Below are positions 1 to 8,042 of a stretch of 20,581 bases of DNA, in pieces; the stretch's first letter is position 1; the number at the start of each line of letters is the position of its first letter. Under the pieces are notes generated by a model, which was given only the letters and a program-made list of their open reading frames with translations, was not told where the DNA came from and did not search any database. Made by a program: the position numbers and the translations under genes. Source of the stretch: Chthoniobacteraceae bacterium (GTDB lineage Bacteria > Verrucomicrobiota > Verrucomicrobiia > Chthoniobacterales > Chthoniobacteraceae); contig JANNWY010000221.1 in assembly GCA_031409335.1 (NCBI GenBank), positions 1 through 20,581 on the forward strand. The letters are read 5' to 3'.

Positions 1-140
1 GGGATGAAGTTTTGTTTGGTCACAGACTTATAGACCGCGAATTTGGGGCATGAAGCGCGAATCGCGTCTTCATGCCTCTTTTCTTATCGCCCGCCAGCCC
101 ATGCCCCGCCTTGCCTGGCCACCGGTGGGACAGGCTCTAG
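1..140 (-). mobile_element. Probable left end of an insertion sequence (IS1182/IS5-like), running off the window
   Basis: Minus strand reads CTAG/GAGCCTGTCCCA at 140..126, resembling IS5/IS1182-type ends, where the upstream ORF stops looking protein-like. Internal hairpin at 47..76. GTG at 23 opens MTKQNFIP, similar to IS1182 transposase N-termini. Confidence 0.4.
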
Positions 141-351
141 GGTAGCGTCCGGGGAACGTAGTGATTACGATCGGAGTGGCTCCCCATGCGTGTAACGTAT
201 CCATGTCCTCAGTTGGCAAGTCGCCAACGAGCAACACGATCATTCCCTTGAACCCAACGCGGCTCAGGCTTTGCAACAGCACGCGCATTTCCGCTGGCCG
301 ATAGCCGACAGCAGCCCCGAAGATTGCCGTCGTGGCAGCGGGCGGGTTCAT
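70..351 (-). pseudogene. Truncated 5' part of a putative glycosyltransferase-like or glycan-cluster protein
   Basis: AIFGAAVGY...LLQSLSRVGFKGMIVLLV looks like a Rossmann-type start and lies downstream of a GT47-like gene. The C-terminal ~22 aa read into the putative IS end. Confidence 0.4.
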
Positions 352-487
352 GCGGGAAATATGGCGCAGACGACGCCAGGCACTTCGATCGTCGAATTCA
401 GCCAGTCTGCTGCATCGGCGCTGGAGCTACGCCAAGAGTTGCGAGAAGGCCGGAGGCAACCAGAAAGTAATTCGGAAATGTCCACCT

Positions 488-1537
488 TTACAACTGGGTA
501 TCGCCGGTTCTTCGCTGGATCGCTTTGTTCGCGATTTTCATCAAGCGATCTCTAAATTTTCTAACGATTTGCTGTCTATAGAGCAGGCCATTCAATTTTC
601 TCGCTGTATGCAATCTTTTCTGCAAAGACCTCCGGCTCAGATGAGCCCGACTCGTGGTCGATAGTGACACCAGCCGATTCAACGCCGCTGAATATCGCTT
701 CTCAGGCGCGAAGTACGTTCCATACGCAAACTCAACGCATTTGCGTAGCGCATCGTAAGACTCAAGTTTCATTGCCAGTATTTTGTCGATTTTTCCAATA
801 TCTGCCTCGCTTATTCGCACATAATAATTGCTTTCCTCAATACTGAACGGAACCCAGTCGTCAGCGATGATGACCGGTACTCTTCCGAGGGCCATGGTTT
901 CAATTATTCGATGCGAGTACGGCGCGTATCCTCTGGGACATAACACGAATAAACTGCGCCTAATTTCATCGACATAAGATTTCTTTTCACTGATTTCATG
1001 ATTGAACCATTTGTTGACTTCCCTTACCCTAAATTCCCCGGGCTTTGTGCCATACTCCTCGAAGAGAATCCTTCATATCGGATTTGAGCATGAACCCGAG
1101 AACGAGAACAGAAAAGTGCCGTCACGTTCAAGGCATTTTTGCTCCTTCTCTACGAATTCATTGAAGAGCCGCATGTGTGGCCACGAAAGATGTAATGCAT
1201 TGTTAAACTTGGACCGCTCCAGCGATGTATATAACCCCGGCAATGCGCCCGTTGGAGAGTCTTCGTAGTTTATGACAAGAAGCTTTCGTTCGTCGCAGTA
1301 TTCCGAATTTAGAAAGGCGTTATAGTATTGAATGTCAGCCAGCGTCCTATTGGGGTAGTGAGCTGACTCAATTAAGATAATGACGTCTGCGTCAGAGGGG
1401 TTTGCGACTATCGTGAAATTGTTACAGCAACCGCTGTGAGAAACCAGGGAGCCAATACGGCCTGTTTCTCCTGATTCCCAGGAGTCAATGACCTCGGGTT
1501 GGATGAGTGCGATTTTTGCGCAATGGTTTGAGCTCAT
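488..1537 (-). pseudogene. Exostosin family (GT47-like) glycosyltransferase interrupted by one in-frame TGA at 1073..1075
   Basis: ORFs 1073..1537 and 488..946 share a frame. Reading through gives FSFSGSCSNPI*RILFEEY...RRSLFVLCPRGYAPYSHRIIETMALGRVPVIIADDWVPF, containing the exostosin FxLCPRG...R..E.M..G..PVII motif. 350 codons in total. Confidence 0.8.
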
Positions 1538-1585
1538 TGAAGTTTGAAGAGTCGCGACAATAGTGGGCTTGAAATACTCCTTGCG

Positions 1586-3604
1586 TCAGCACCCGCGAAT
1601 GTTGAGAGAGCGGCGAACGAGGTGTCCGAGGCTCCGTTTGAGCAGTCCAAGTTTCAGCGCGCATTTCATAGCCGCGGTGTTAAAGGAACGCATGTGAGGC
1701 TGCGCACCCGGCCAGAGGACTTTCCACGAAGCCGGAAGACGCCGCTCCTCCCCGAATGTCAAAGCGACTTGCAGATTCTCCCAAGTCAATTCATAAGGTA
1801 TGGCGAGTCGTTCACGGACGTTGCCGGACTGCTCATCTTCATAAGGAAACGCTCCCCAAGCCCGCGCCTCTGCGGCAAGCGGATCTCTGGAGAAAGTCCT
1901 CAAAATCTGAACCAATGCTGACCTGGAATCCCAATCCAGAATGCTTTCCGGCAGAACGAGATCCTCCAGTTTTTTGGCAAACTGGTCCACGGTGAAGTGC
2001 ACCGTTGAGATTCCCCAGGTCTTCAGTGGTTCAAATCCCTCCTCCCTGCATTTCGGAGTGATTTGCCCGTTGATTCCCTGATGGTAGCCAACAGTGGACC
2101 CGTGCGGCGCTGTGCAAAAACTTTCCATGAGAAAGACCAGGGACGGGATGTCTTTCAAATCCGGAGGATTGCGCAAATCCCAGTTCATGTAGGACGACGT
2201 TTGCAAATGGGCGAGCGCCGGCGAATCCGCATACAGGGCAAAATACAGCCCTAACGTTTTCGTGGGAGTTTTCATGCCTAGTAACTTTTCCAAGGACTGC
2301 TGCAGCCGCCCGTGCCAGCCGAGATCGACCATGGCCCATGGAATCGGTTCGAATAGTCCCTCTAACTCAAGGTAGTGAATCGCCAAACTCCGCTTTTCCT
2401 TGACGATTTTTTCGACCTGTTCACGAAAAGGTGCGTCACCAAGGAGGTCGGTCTTCAGGCGATCCAACGCCTCGACTTTAAGCTGTCTGTCCCAAGTTGA
2501 CCGAAACCAACCCAACCGGTCCAAAATCTCCTCAATTTGCTCGGGCGTCATCTGTAATCGTCCGAGAATGATCCTCAAGCTGAGGGTTCGAGTTCTCTCA
2601 AATAGCCACGAAAGCGCTTCATTGGAGAAGTCGACTATCGCTGGTAGATGCCAGGCCTGCCTGCTCCCGTACAAATAGCGTGTCTCGAGAGGTAACGAAA
2701 AGACGCGAATCAATGCGTCAGTGATACGCTTCACCAGATAGCCATCTCGGGCGACAAAATACAATCGCCGAAGCCCGCGTGTCTTCGCTTCCCTGAGGAG
2801 CCAAAGCGCATAAAACACAATGACAGGAGAGATCAATGAACTGGCAATCTCCGAAAGGGTCGCGAGGTGGCTATTTTCAGGGGGATTTGCCAACCGTGTG
2901 AGCCGACTTGTTCCCGCGACCAGTGAGGAGAATCCGCCGGATTCAACGGAGAACTCTTCGAGCATCTGCTCGTAACGCATCAGCTGACAGACGTCCAATT
3001 GTCGTGCTTTGATGCCGAGCTTCGACGGCACCGTGAAGTCCGCATCCTTTCGATCGCCGGAGTGATAAATCGCTCCGGGTTGAAGGCGCTCTTTCTCTAT
3101 GATTTTTTGGAACAACGTTCCCGTCGCCTTGGAAGCGCGCCACTCGTTTGAAACATAGAGCTGGTCGCCGTCCTGCCAAAAGCCGTTTTTCATCAGTTGG
3201 TCGCGGATGAAGCAGGCCGGAAGATACATGTCTGAAACGAAAAGCACTCTCGCTGACCGGGACCTTGCCCGGTTGACCAACTCCAACGCACCTGGCACTG
3301 GAACGAGAAACTCAGCTTCGACCGCCAGTTCCAAGGAAGCCAGGGCTTCGCAGATCCGTTGTGTCCGACCAAGTTTCGCGGCGAGGTGCTGGTGGATTTC
3401 GTCGAGATTGACCTCTCCTCCCGGTGCGGAAACCCGAGCTTCCACCTCGGCACAGACCCGCTCTTGATGAAAAGCGGACGCGGATACGTCGATCAAACCC
3501 GCACGCGCCGCGCGGTCACCGACGATGAGAAAGAGGCTGGTTGGAGACGCCACCTTTCGCATTAGCAAGGTGTCGAACACGTCGAATGAGGCCGTAGGCT
3601 TCAG
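1586..3604 (-). CDS. HAD-superfamily predicted hydrolase of polysaccharide gene clusters (COG5610-like)
   Basis: Motifs SFDVFDTL, VSDMYL, K..G.LF, HSGD...D, FVARDGY and VDLGWHGRLQ. Start placed at CTG 3604 because the first Asp motif lies upstream of GTG 3580 and GGAGGT sits 6 nt before the CTG. Confidence 0.8.
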   Translation of the reverse strand: MKPTASFDVFDTLLMRKVASPTSLFLIVGDRAARAGLIDVSASAFHQERVCAEVEARVSAPGGEVNLDEIHQHLAAKLGRTQRICEALASLELAVEAEFLVPVPGALELVNRARSRSARVLFVSDMYLPACFIRDQLMKNGFWQDGDQLYVSNEWRASKATGTLFQKIIEKERLQPGAIYHSGDRKDADFTVPSKLGIKARQLDVCQLMRYEQMLEEFSVESGGFSSLVAGTSRLTRLANPPENSHLATLSEIASSLISPVIVFYALWLLREAKTRGLRRLYFVARDGYLVKRITDALIRVFSLPLETRYLYGSRQAWHLPAIVDFSNEALSWLFERTRTLSLRIILGRLQMTPEQIEEILDRLGWFRSTWDRQLKVEALDRLKTDLLGDAPFREQVEKIVKEKRSLAIHYLELEGLFEPIPWAMVDLGWHGRLQQSLEKLLGMKTPTKTLGLYFALYADSPALAHLQTSSYMNWDLRNPPDLKDIPSLVFLMESFCTAPHGSTVGYHQGINGQITPKCREEGFEPLKTWGISTVHFTVDQFAKKLEDLVLPESILDWDSRSALVQILRTFSRDPLAAEARAWGAFPYEDEQSGNVRERLAIPYELTWENLQVALTFGEERRLPASWKVLWPGAQPHMRSFNTAAMKCALKLGLLKRSLGHLVRRSLNIRGC

Positions 3605-3729
3605 TTTGCCACCTCCCCATGGAGAGCGAGGTGTCGTTGCCGGAAGGTATCGACATCGGAACGCTCGCGTAAAGTACGTTGCAAGAACGGAGTCAGCGTT
3701 AGAAAGCTCATTTGGCGAGTGCTTGTTTA

Positions 3730-4190
3730 AGGTCCTGCAGTAACTTCCGGCGGAAACGCGCAGGTGCGTTGATTGAGTAGGCTGATATATTCCAGGTGGA
3801 ATTGCCCGGCCGATCTAGGCGCTGGGCACCGTGATGCGCGTGCGGATGCGCACTGTCAGGGTCAACTTGCGCGGATCGCCTTTCTTGAGTCGCTGGCGTC
3901 CCTCTCGTGCCAGACCGCGATAGCGCAAGCCTTCGGCGAGAATCCGTTGAGCTTCGTTGATGCCGTGATCGCGCTCCACGCGGGCATTCGTCGGGGAGAG
4001 CCGCGGGTGCCACAGTTTCTCCCCTGCCGCATTGCGCAGGCGCAATGTGCGCTCTCGGAAACTTTCCCCTCCCAGGCATCACCGTCGGTGCAACTCGGAT
4101 CGCCCGGCGGGTTTGTCTGCCATGAATTTGTCCTTGTGCCCGCAGTGCAGGCGACGATCAAAGCGGGGATCAGCTTCGTGGAATGAGGGG
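3730..4190 (-). pseudogene. Degraded C-terminal part of a REP-associated tyrosine transposase (RAYT-like)
   Basis: One frame reads SELHRR*CLGGESFRERTL...DHGINEAQRILAEGL...LKKGDPRKLTLTVRIRTRITVPSA*IG. This resembles the LRRGW.LG.E.FR and K.DPRK..IA..LR..TTV...WI motifs, with stops at both Trp positions. No catalytic N-terminus is visible. Boundaries approximate. Confidence 0.6.
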
Positions 4191-4372
4191 GTCCGGGCGA
4201 AGCGAAGTTCGGAGGGAAGTTTTACGCGGGATCGGGAGGGAAATGTCCCGCTAATCTTTGGTCGCAGTGAGATTGGCGCGCTCATTGGTTCTCTTCCGAA
4301 CATGTCCGTCCACACGGCTTTGACAAGGTTTTTTAGGCAGCGGTTTTGGATCGCGGCTTAAGTCGGGACACC

Positions 4373-4509
4373 GTCGGCTGGAGGGTTATCTTCTTCGCAA
4401 CGCACGGAGAAGGCCGTCGAGAACCCAGGTGGGTTTCACCCTGACCGTTTCTCGCGCAAGCCGGAGCAGCACGAGGCTTGTCACAAGCGAGCCAACGCGG
4501 AAGGCCGAC
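4373..4509. ncRNA. Candidate structured non-coding RNA or element of unknown family
   Basis: Closing stem GTCGGC 4373..4378 / GCCGAC 4504..4509. Nested CGAGAA/TTCTCG and CAGG/CCTG stems, and hairpin GCTTGT-C-ACAAGC at 4476..4488. TTGACA at 4320..4325 upstream and TTTTT just downstream. Confidence 0.35.
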
Positions 4510-4720
4510 CGCTTTTTCCGCTCGCCGCCGGAGCGGCAACCCACGGCGCGCAATCGCGCAACTGCGCCGACTGTGGGAGAGGATGGAGCGGAAATCTATT
4601 CTCGTGCTGGCGGCGGGTCATGCGCTCGGGAAAAGTCCCGACGACGAATGGCACAAGTCTGACGACGCAGACCTCGGTGTTTTTCGACGAGACTTGGGCG
4701 GCGACGACGGCATTCCCGTC

Positions 4721-4748
4721 TTGCGCGGCGGGGCTTGCCCGCTAGCGT
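4721..4748 (+). promoter_or_regulatory. Putative sigma-70 promoter of hisS
   Basis: TTGCGC-N16-TAGCGT ending 12 nt before the ATG. Confidence 0.4.
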
Positions 4749-4760
4749 CGCGCTCCGCTC

Positions 4761-6002
4761 ATGCAATTGCTACCCGGTTTCCGCGACTTTTATCCCGAGG
4801 ACTGCGCCCGTCGGAATTACATTCTCACGAAATGGCGCGAGGTCGCGCGACGTTATGGCTTTGTGGAATACGATGGGCCGGTGTTGGAGCCGATGGCGCT
4901 TTATGAAAAGAAAAGCGGCGGGGAACTCGTCGGGCAGCTTTTCGATTTCACCGACAAGGGTGAGCGACATGTCGCGATGCGACCGGAGATGACGCCGACG
5001 CTGGCGCGGATGGTCGCGGCGCGGGAGCGCGATTTTAAGAAGCCGCTGAAGTGGTTCTGCGTGCCGCAGTTTTTCCGCTACGAGAAGCAGCAGCGCGGGC
5101 GGTTGCGGGAGTTTTATCAGTTGAATTGCGACATCATCGGCGAGGCTTCACCGGCGGCGGATGCGGAGTTGCTCGCGGTGCAGATCGACATGCTGCGCGC
5201 GTGCGGATTTACGGAAAAACATTTCGTCGTGCGGCTGAGTAGCCGGAATGCGTGGGCGCAGTTTTTTGCGGAGCGCGGCGGGAAAGCGGAGGACGAATAT
5301 GAGTTCTTTCAAATCGTGGATAAGGCGGAGCGCACGCCGCCCGAGAAGACGGATGCGGCGTTGCAAAAGTTCGGGCTGACCGCAGCGCAGGTGCTCGAAT
5401 TCATGCGCAGCAAAACGGCGACGGCGGAACTCGCGCCGATCCTCGCCGATCTCGCGGCGCGCGGGCTTGGCGCGTTTGTCGAGATCGACTACGCGATCGT
5501 GCGCGGGCTCGCCTATTACACGGGCGTGGTGTTCGAGGTTTTCGATCGCAGCTTGAACGAGCGCGCGCTTTCCGGCGGCGGACGTTACGACCAATTGTTG
5601 AGCCTGATGAGTGACGGGAAAGTCGATTTGCCCGCGCTCGGCTTCGGCATGGGCGACGTGGTCTTTGCGAATTTGATCAACGACACGCCCGCCGCGAAGG
5701 CGCGGATGGATGAGTGGCTGGCGAGCGAGCGGGCTTGCGATGTTTTCGTCGTCGTCGCGAAAGAAGAGCGCCGCGCGGAGGCGCTGGGGCTCGTGCAGCA
5801 GTTGCGTGAAACGGGGCACCGCACGGATTTTCCGCTCACGGCGGCGAAGGTCGGGAAGCAATTTCAAACTGCGGAAAACCTTGGCGCGCGGCTGGCCGTC
5901 TTGATCGGCGACGAGTGGCCGCAGGTGAAAGTGAAGACGCTCGCAACGCGCGAAGAGGTGCTCGTTTCAAACGAGGAACTGATCGCGCATCTCGCGCGCT
6001 GA
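4761..6002 (+). CDS. hisS: Histidine--tRNA ligase
   Basis: PGFRDFYP, MRPEMTP, motif 2 FRYEKQQRGRLREFYQ, RGLAYYTG, GGGRYD, and a C-terminal anticodon-binding domain. Confidence 0.96.
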   Translation: MQLLPGFRDFYPEDCARRNYILTKWREVARRYGFVEYDGPVLEPMALYEKKSGGELVGQLFDFTDKGERHVAMRPEMTPTLARMVAARERDFKKPLKWFCVPQFFRYEKQQRGRLREFYQLNCDIIGEASPAADAELLAVQIDMLRACGFTEKHFVVRLSSRNAWAQFFAERGGKAEDEYEFFQIVDKAERTPPEKTDAALQKFGLTAAQVLEFMRSKTATAELAPILADLAARGLGAFVEIDYAIVRGLAYYTGVVFEVFDRSLNERALSGGGRYDQLLSLMSDGKVDLPALGFGMGDVVFANLINDTPAAKARMDEWLASERACDVFVVVAKEERRAEALGLVQQLRETGHRTDFPLTAAKVGKQFQTAENLGARLAVLIGDEWPQVKVKTLATREEVLVSNEELIAHLAR

Positions 6003-6005
6003 CCG

Positions 6006-7421
6006 CTACTGGACCGGCGCGAGCAGCCGGGCGATGCGGACGCGCAGGCGGAAGAAAAATCCGGCGTCGATGAGTTCCTGCGCGGCGGCCGGTTTGCTGT
6101 TGGCGAAGTCGTTTTCCAGCATCGTGGCGACCTGACTGGCGAAGTCTTGGTCGTAGAAACCCATCGTGATCTCGAAGTTGAGGCGGAAGGAGCGGTTATC
6201 GAAATTCGCGGTGCCGATCGAGCAGTAGTCGTGATCCACGAGCAGGACTTTCTGATGCATGAACCCGGGCTGGTGGCGGAACCATTTGATGCCGCATGGC
6301 TCGGTCTCGCGCAGGTAGGAAAAGCCGGAGAGGCGCACCATTGCGTTGTCGGGTTTTTCGGGAGTGAGGATGCGCACGTCCACGCCGCGCAGCGCGGCGA
6401 GCTGGAGCGCGGAGATGAATTGCTCGTCCGGGACGAAGTACGGGCTCGCGATCCAGAGCCGCTCTTTCGCCGAATTGATCGCGTGGAGAAAAAAGAGCGT
6501 GGCCGTCTCCAGCTCATCCGCCGGGCCGCTCGGGAGGCAGAGCGCGCCGATGCCGGCTTTGCGGGCGGGCGGCAAACGCCAGTTGAGTTCGCCCGGTTCC
6601 GTGCCCAAGGCCCAGTGCCAGTCCTCAATCCATGAGACCTGCACGCATTGCACCACCGGGCCTTCCACGCGGACGTGGGTATCGCGCCACGGCCCGACTT
6701 TCCGATCGAGCCCGAGATATTCGTCGCCGACATTGTGCCCGCCGACGAAGCCGACCAGGCCATCGACGATCACGATTTTGCGGTGGTTTCGAAAGTTGAG
6801 CTGGAAGCGATTCGCGATGCCTTTGGTGGTGTGGAAAGGCTCGATCTTTACCCCGGCGGCGCGCAGCACAGCGCAGTAGCGCCGGAGCCGTCCGCTCCCG
6901 ATTTCATCGTAGAGCACGAAGCAGCGCACGCCCTCGCGGGCCTTCGCGATGAGCGCGTCACGCAGGCGTCCGCCGAGCCCGTCGTCGTGGATGATGTAGA
7001 ACTGCACGAGGATGTAGTCTTTCGCTGCGGCAATGGCTGCGAAGATCGCATCGAACGTGGCCGTGCCATCGACGAGCAGCGTTGCTTCGTTGTGGGCGGT
7101 GAAGGGGAGTTTCGCGAGGCGCTCGAGCAGCAGTTCCTCGCTGCGGCCTGCCTTGGTCTTCATGCGCTGGCGGTCGAATTCCTCCGCCAGCTTTCGCGCG
7201 ACCACGTTCATCTTCAAAAGCTCCGCACGTCGCGCGGTGACGTAGCCAGCAAATTTCGTGCGTCCGAAAACCCAGTACGCCGGCACAGCAATGTATGGCA
7301 TCAGGATGAGCGAGACGACCCACGCGATCGTTCCCTGCGCCGTGCGCGTTTCCATGACCGCTTTGAGCGCGGTGAGGAGTCCGGCGAGTTCGCAGAGGGC
7401 GATGATGATGGTGGTGAGCAT
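6006..7421 (-). CDS. cls: Cardiolipin synthase (phospholipase D family)
   Basis: Two N-terminal TM helices, two HKD motifs (HRKIVIVD, HQKVLLVD), SPYFVP and NFDNRSFRLNFE. Start at ATG 7421 (MLTTIII). Confidence 0.93.
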   Translation of the reverse strand: MLTTIIIALCELAGLLTALKAVMETRTAQGTIAWVVSLILMPYIAVPAYWVFGRTKFAGYVTARRAELLKMNVVARKLAEEFDRQRMKTKAGRSEELLLERLAKLPFTAHNEATLLVDGTATFDAIFAAIAAAKDYILVQFYIIHDDGLGGRLRDALIAKAREGVRCFVLYDEIGSGRLRRYCAVLRAAGVKIEPFHTTKGIANRFQLNFRNHRKIVIVDGLVGFVGGHNVGDEYLGLDRKVGPWRDTHVRVEGPVVQCVQVSWIEDWHWALGTEPGELNWRLPPARKAGIGALCLPSGPADELETATLFFLHAINSAKERLWIASPYFVPDEQFISALQLAALRGVDVRILTPEKPDNAMVRLSGFSYLRETEPCGIKWFRHQPGFMHQKVLLVDHDYCSIGTANFDNRSFRLNFEITMGFYDQDFASQVATMLENDFANSKPAAAQELIDAGFFFRLRVRIARLLAPVQ

Positions 7422-7508
7422 TGAGAGCGCGAAGATACGCGAGATGTCGGCGGGAGGGCGATTTCCTAATAAGTCGCGCCGTTCGTCCGTTTGCGCGATT
7501 GAACACCC

Positions 7509-8042
7509 ATGCCAGCGGACGCGCACAATCTCCCAGCCTTACTCGAACGTTACGAGCGTCCGCTCATCCGTTACTCGTGGAGCATTCTGAATGATTTGGA
7601 GGCAGCGCGGGATGTCGTGCAGGAGACGTTTATCCGGCTTTGCCGCAGGCAGGATGGTGAAGATGCGAAGCACACCGAGGCGTGGCTTTTCACCGTGACG
7701 CGAAATCTTTCCATCGACCATCAGCGCAAACAAAGCCGGATCATCTATATGCCCCAGACCGACGATCGCACGACGGACGAGCCCGGGCCGGGCGCTTCGC
7801 TCGAACAGCAGGAGGCGCGGGATTCCATCTTCGGATTGCTCGATCAACTCAGCGAGAACCAGCGCGAAGTCATCCGCCTCAAATTTCAAAACGACCTTTC
7901 CTACAAAGAGATCGCCGACATCACGCAACTCACGGTGACCAACGTCGGCTTCCTCCTCCACACTGGCCTGAAAAAACTGCGCGCGCTGCTCGAAGCGCAG
8001 CCGCGGGAAGACATGCCGCAACCTATTCGCCAATCTGTATGA
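7509..8042 (+). CDS. ECF RNA polymerase sigma factor
   Basis: Region 2 DVVQETF...AWLFTVTRN and region 4 LSENQREVIRLKF...SYKEIA. Its stop overlaps the next start (ATGA). Confidence 0.92.
   Translation: MPADAHNLPALLERYERPLIRYSWSILNDLEAARDVVQETFIRLCRRQDGEDAKHTEAWLFTVTRNLSIDHQRKQSRIIYMPQTDDRTTDEPGPGASLEQQEARDSIFGLLDQLSENQREVIRLKFQNDLSYKEIADITQLTVTNVGFLLHTGLKKLRALLEAQPREDMPQPIRQSV

Noticed and set aside
1073..1075. Selenocysteine or recoded TGA
   Set aside because: The position looks like Arg rather than Cys or Trp, and TGA serves as a normal stop for hisS and both sigma genes.
4513..4536. Terminator at TTTTT-CCGCTC/GAGCGG
   Set aside because: The T-tract precedes the hairpin on + and an A-tract follows it on -, so it fits neither orientation.
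4373..4600. T-box riboswitch upstream of hisS
   Set aside because: No GGTGGNACC antiterminator motif or recognisable specifier stem, and hisS has its own promoter-like site at 4721..4748.
4583..4700. ORF start MERKSILVLAAGHALGK with GGAGAGG upstream
   Set aside because: It runs out of frame into hisS with no recognisable domain, so it cannot be supported as a gene.
7682..8038. N-terminal extension of the 906-aa ORF, and similar extensions at 7422..7526, 14327..14434, 18662..18850 and 19237..19326
   Set aside because: They overlap neighbouring genes or promoters. Internal ATGs with ATGA coupling or domain-consistent starts fit better.
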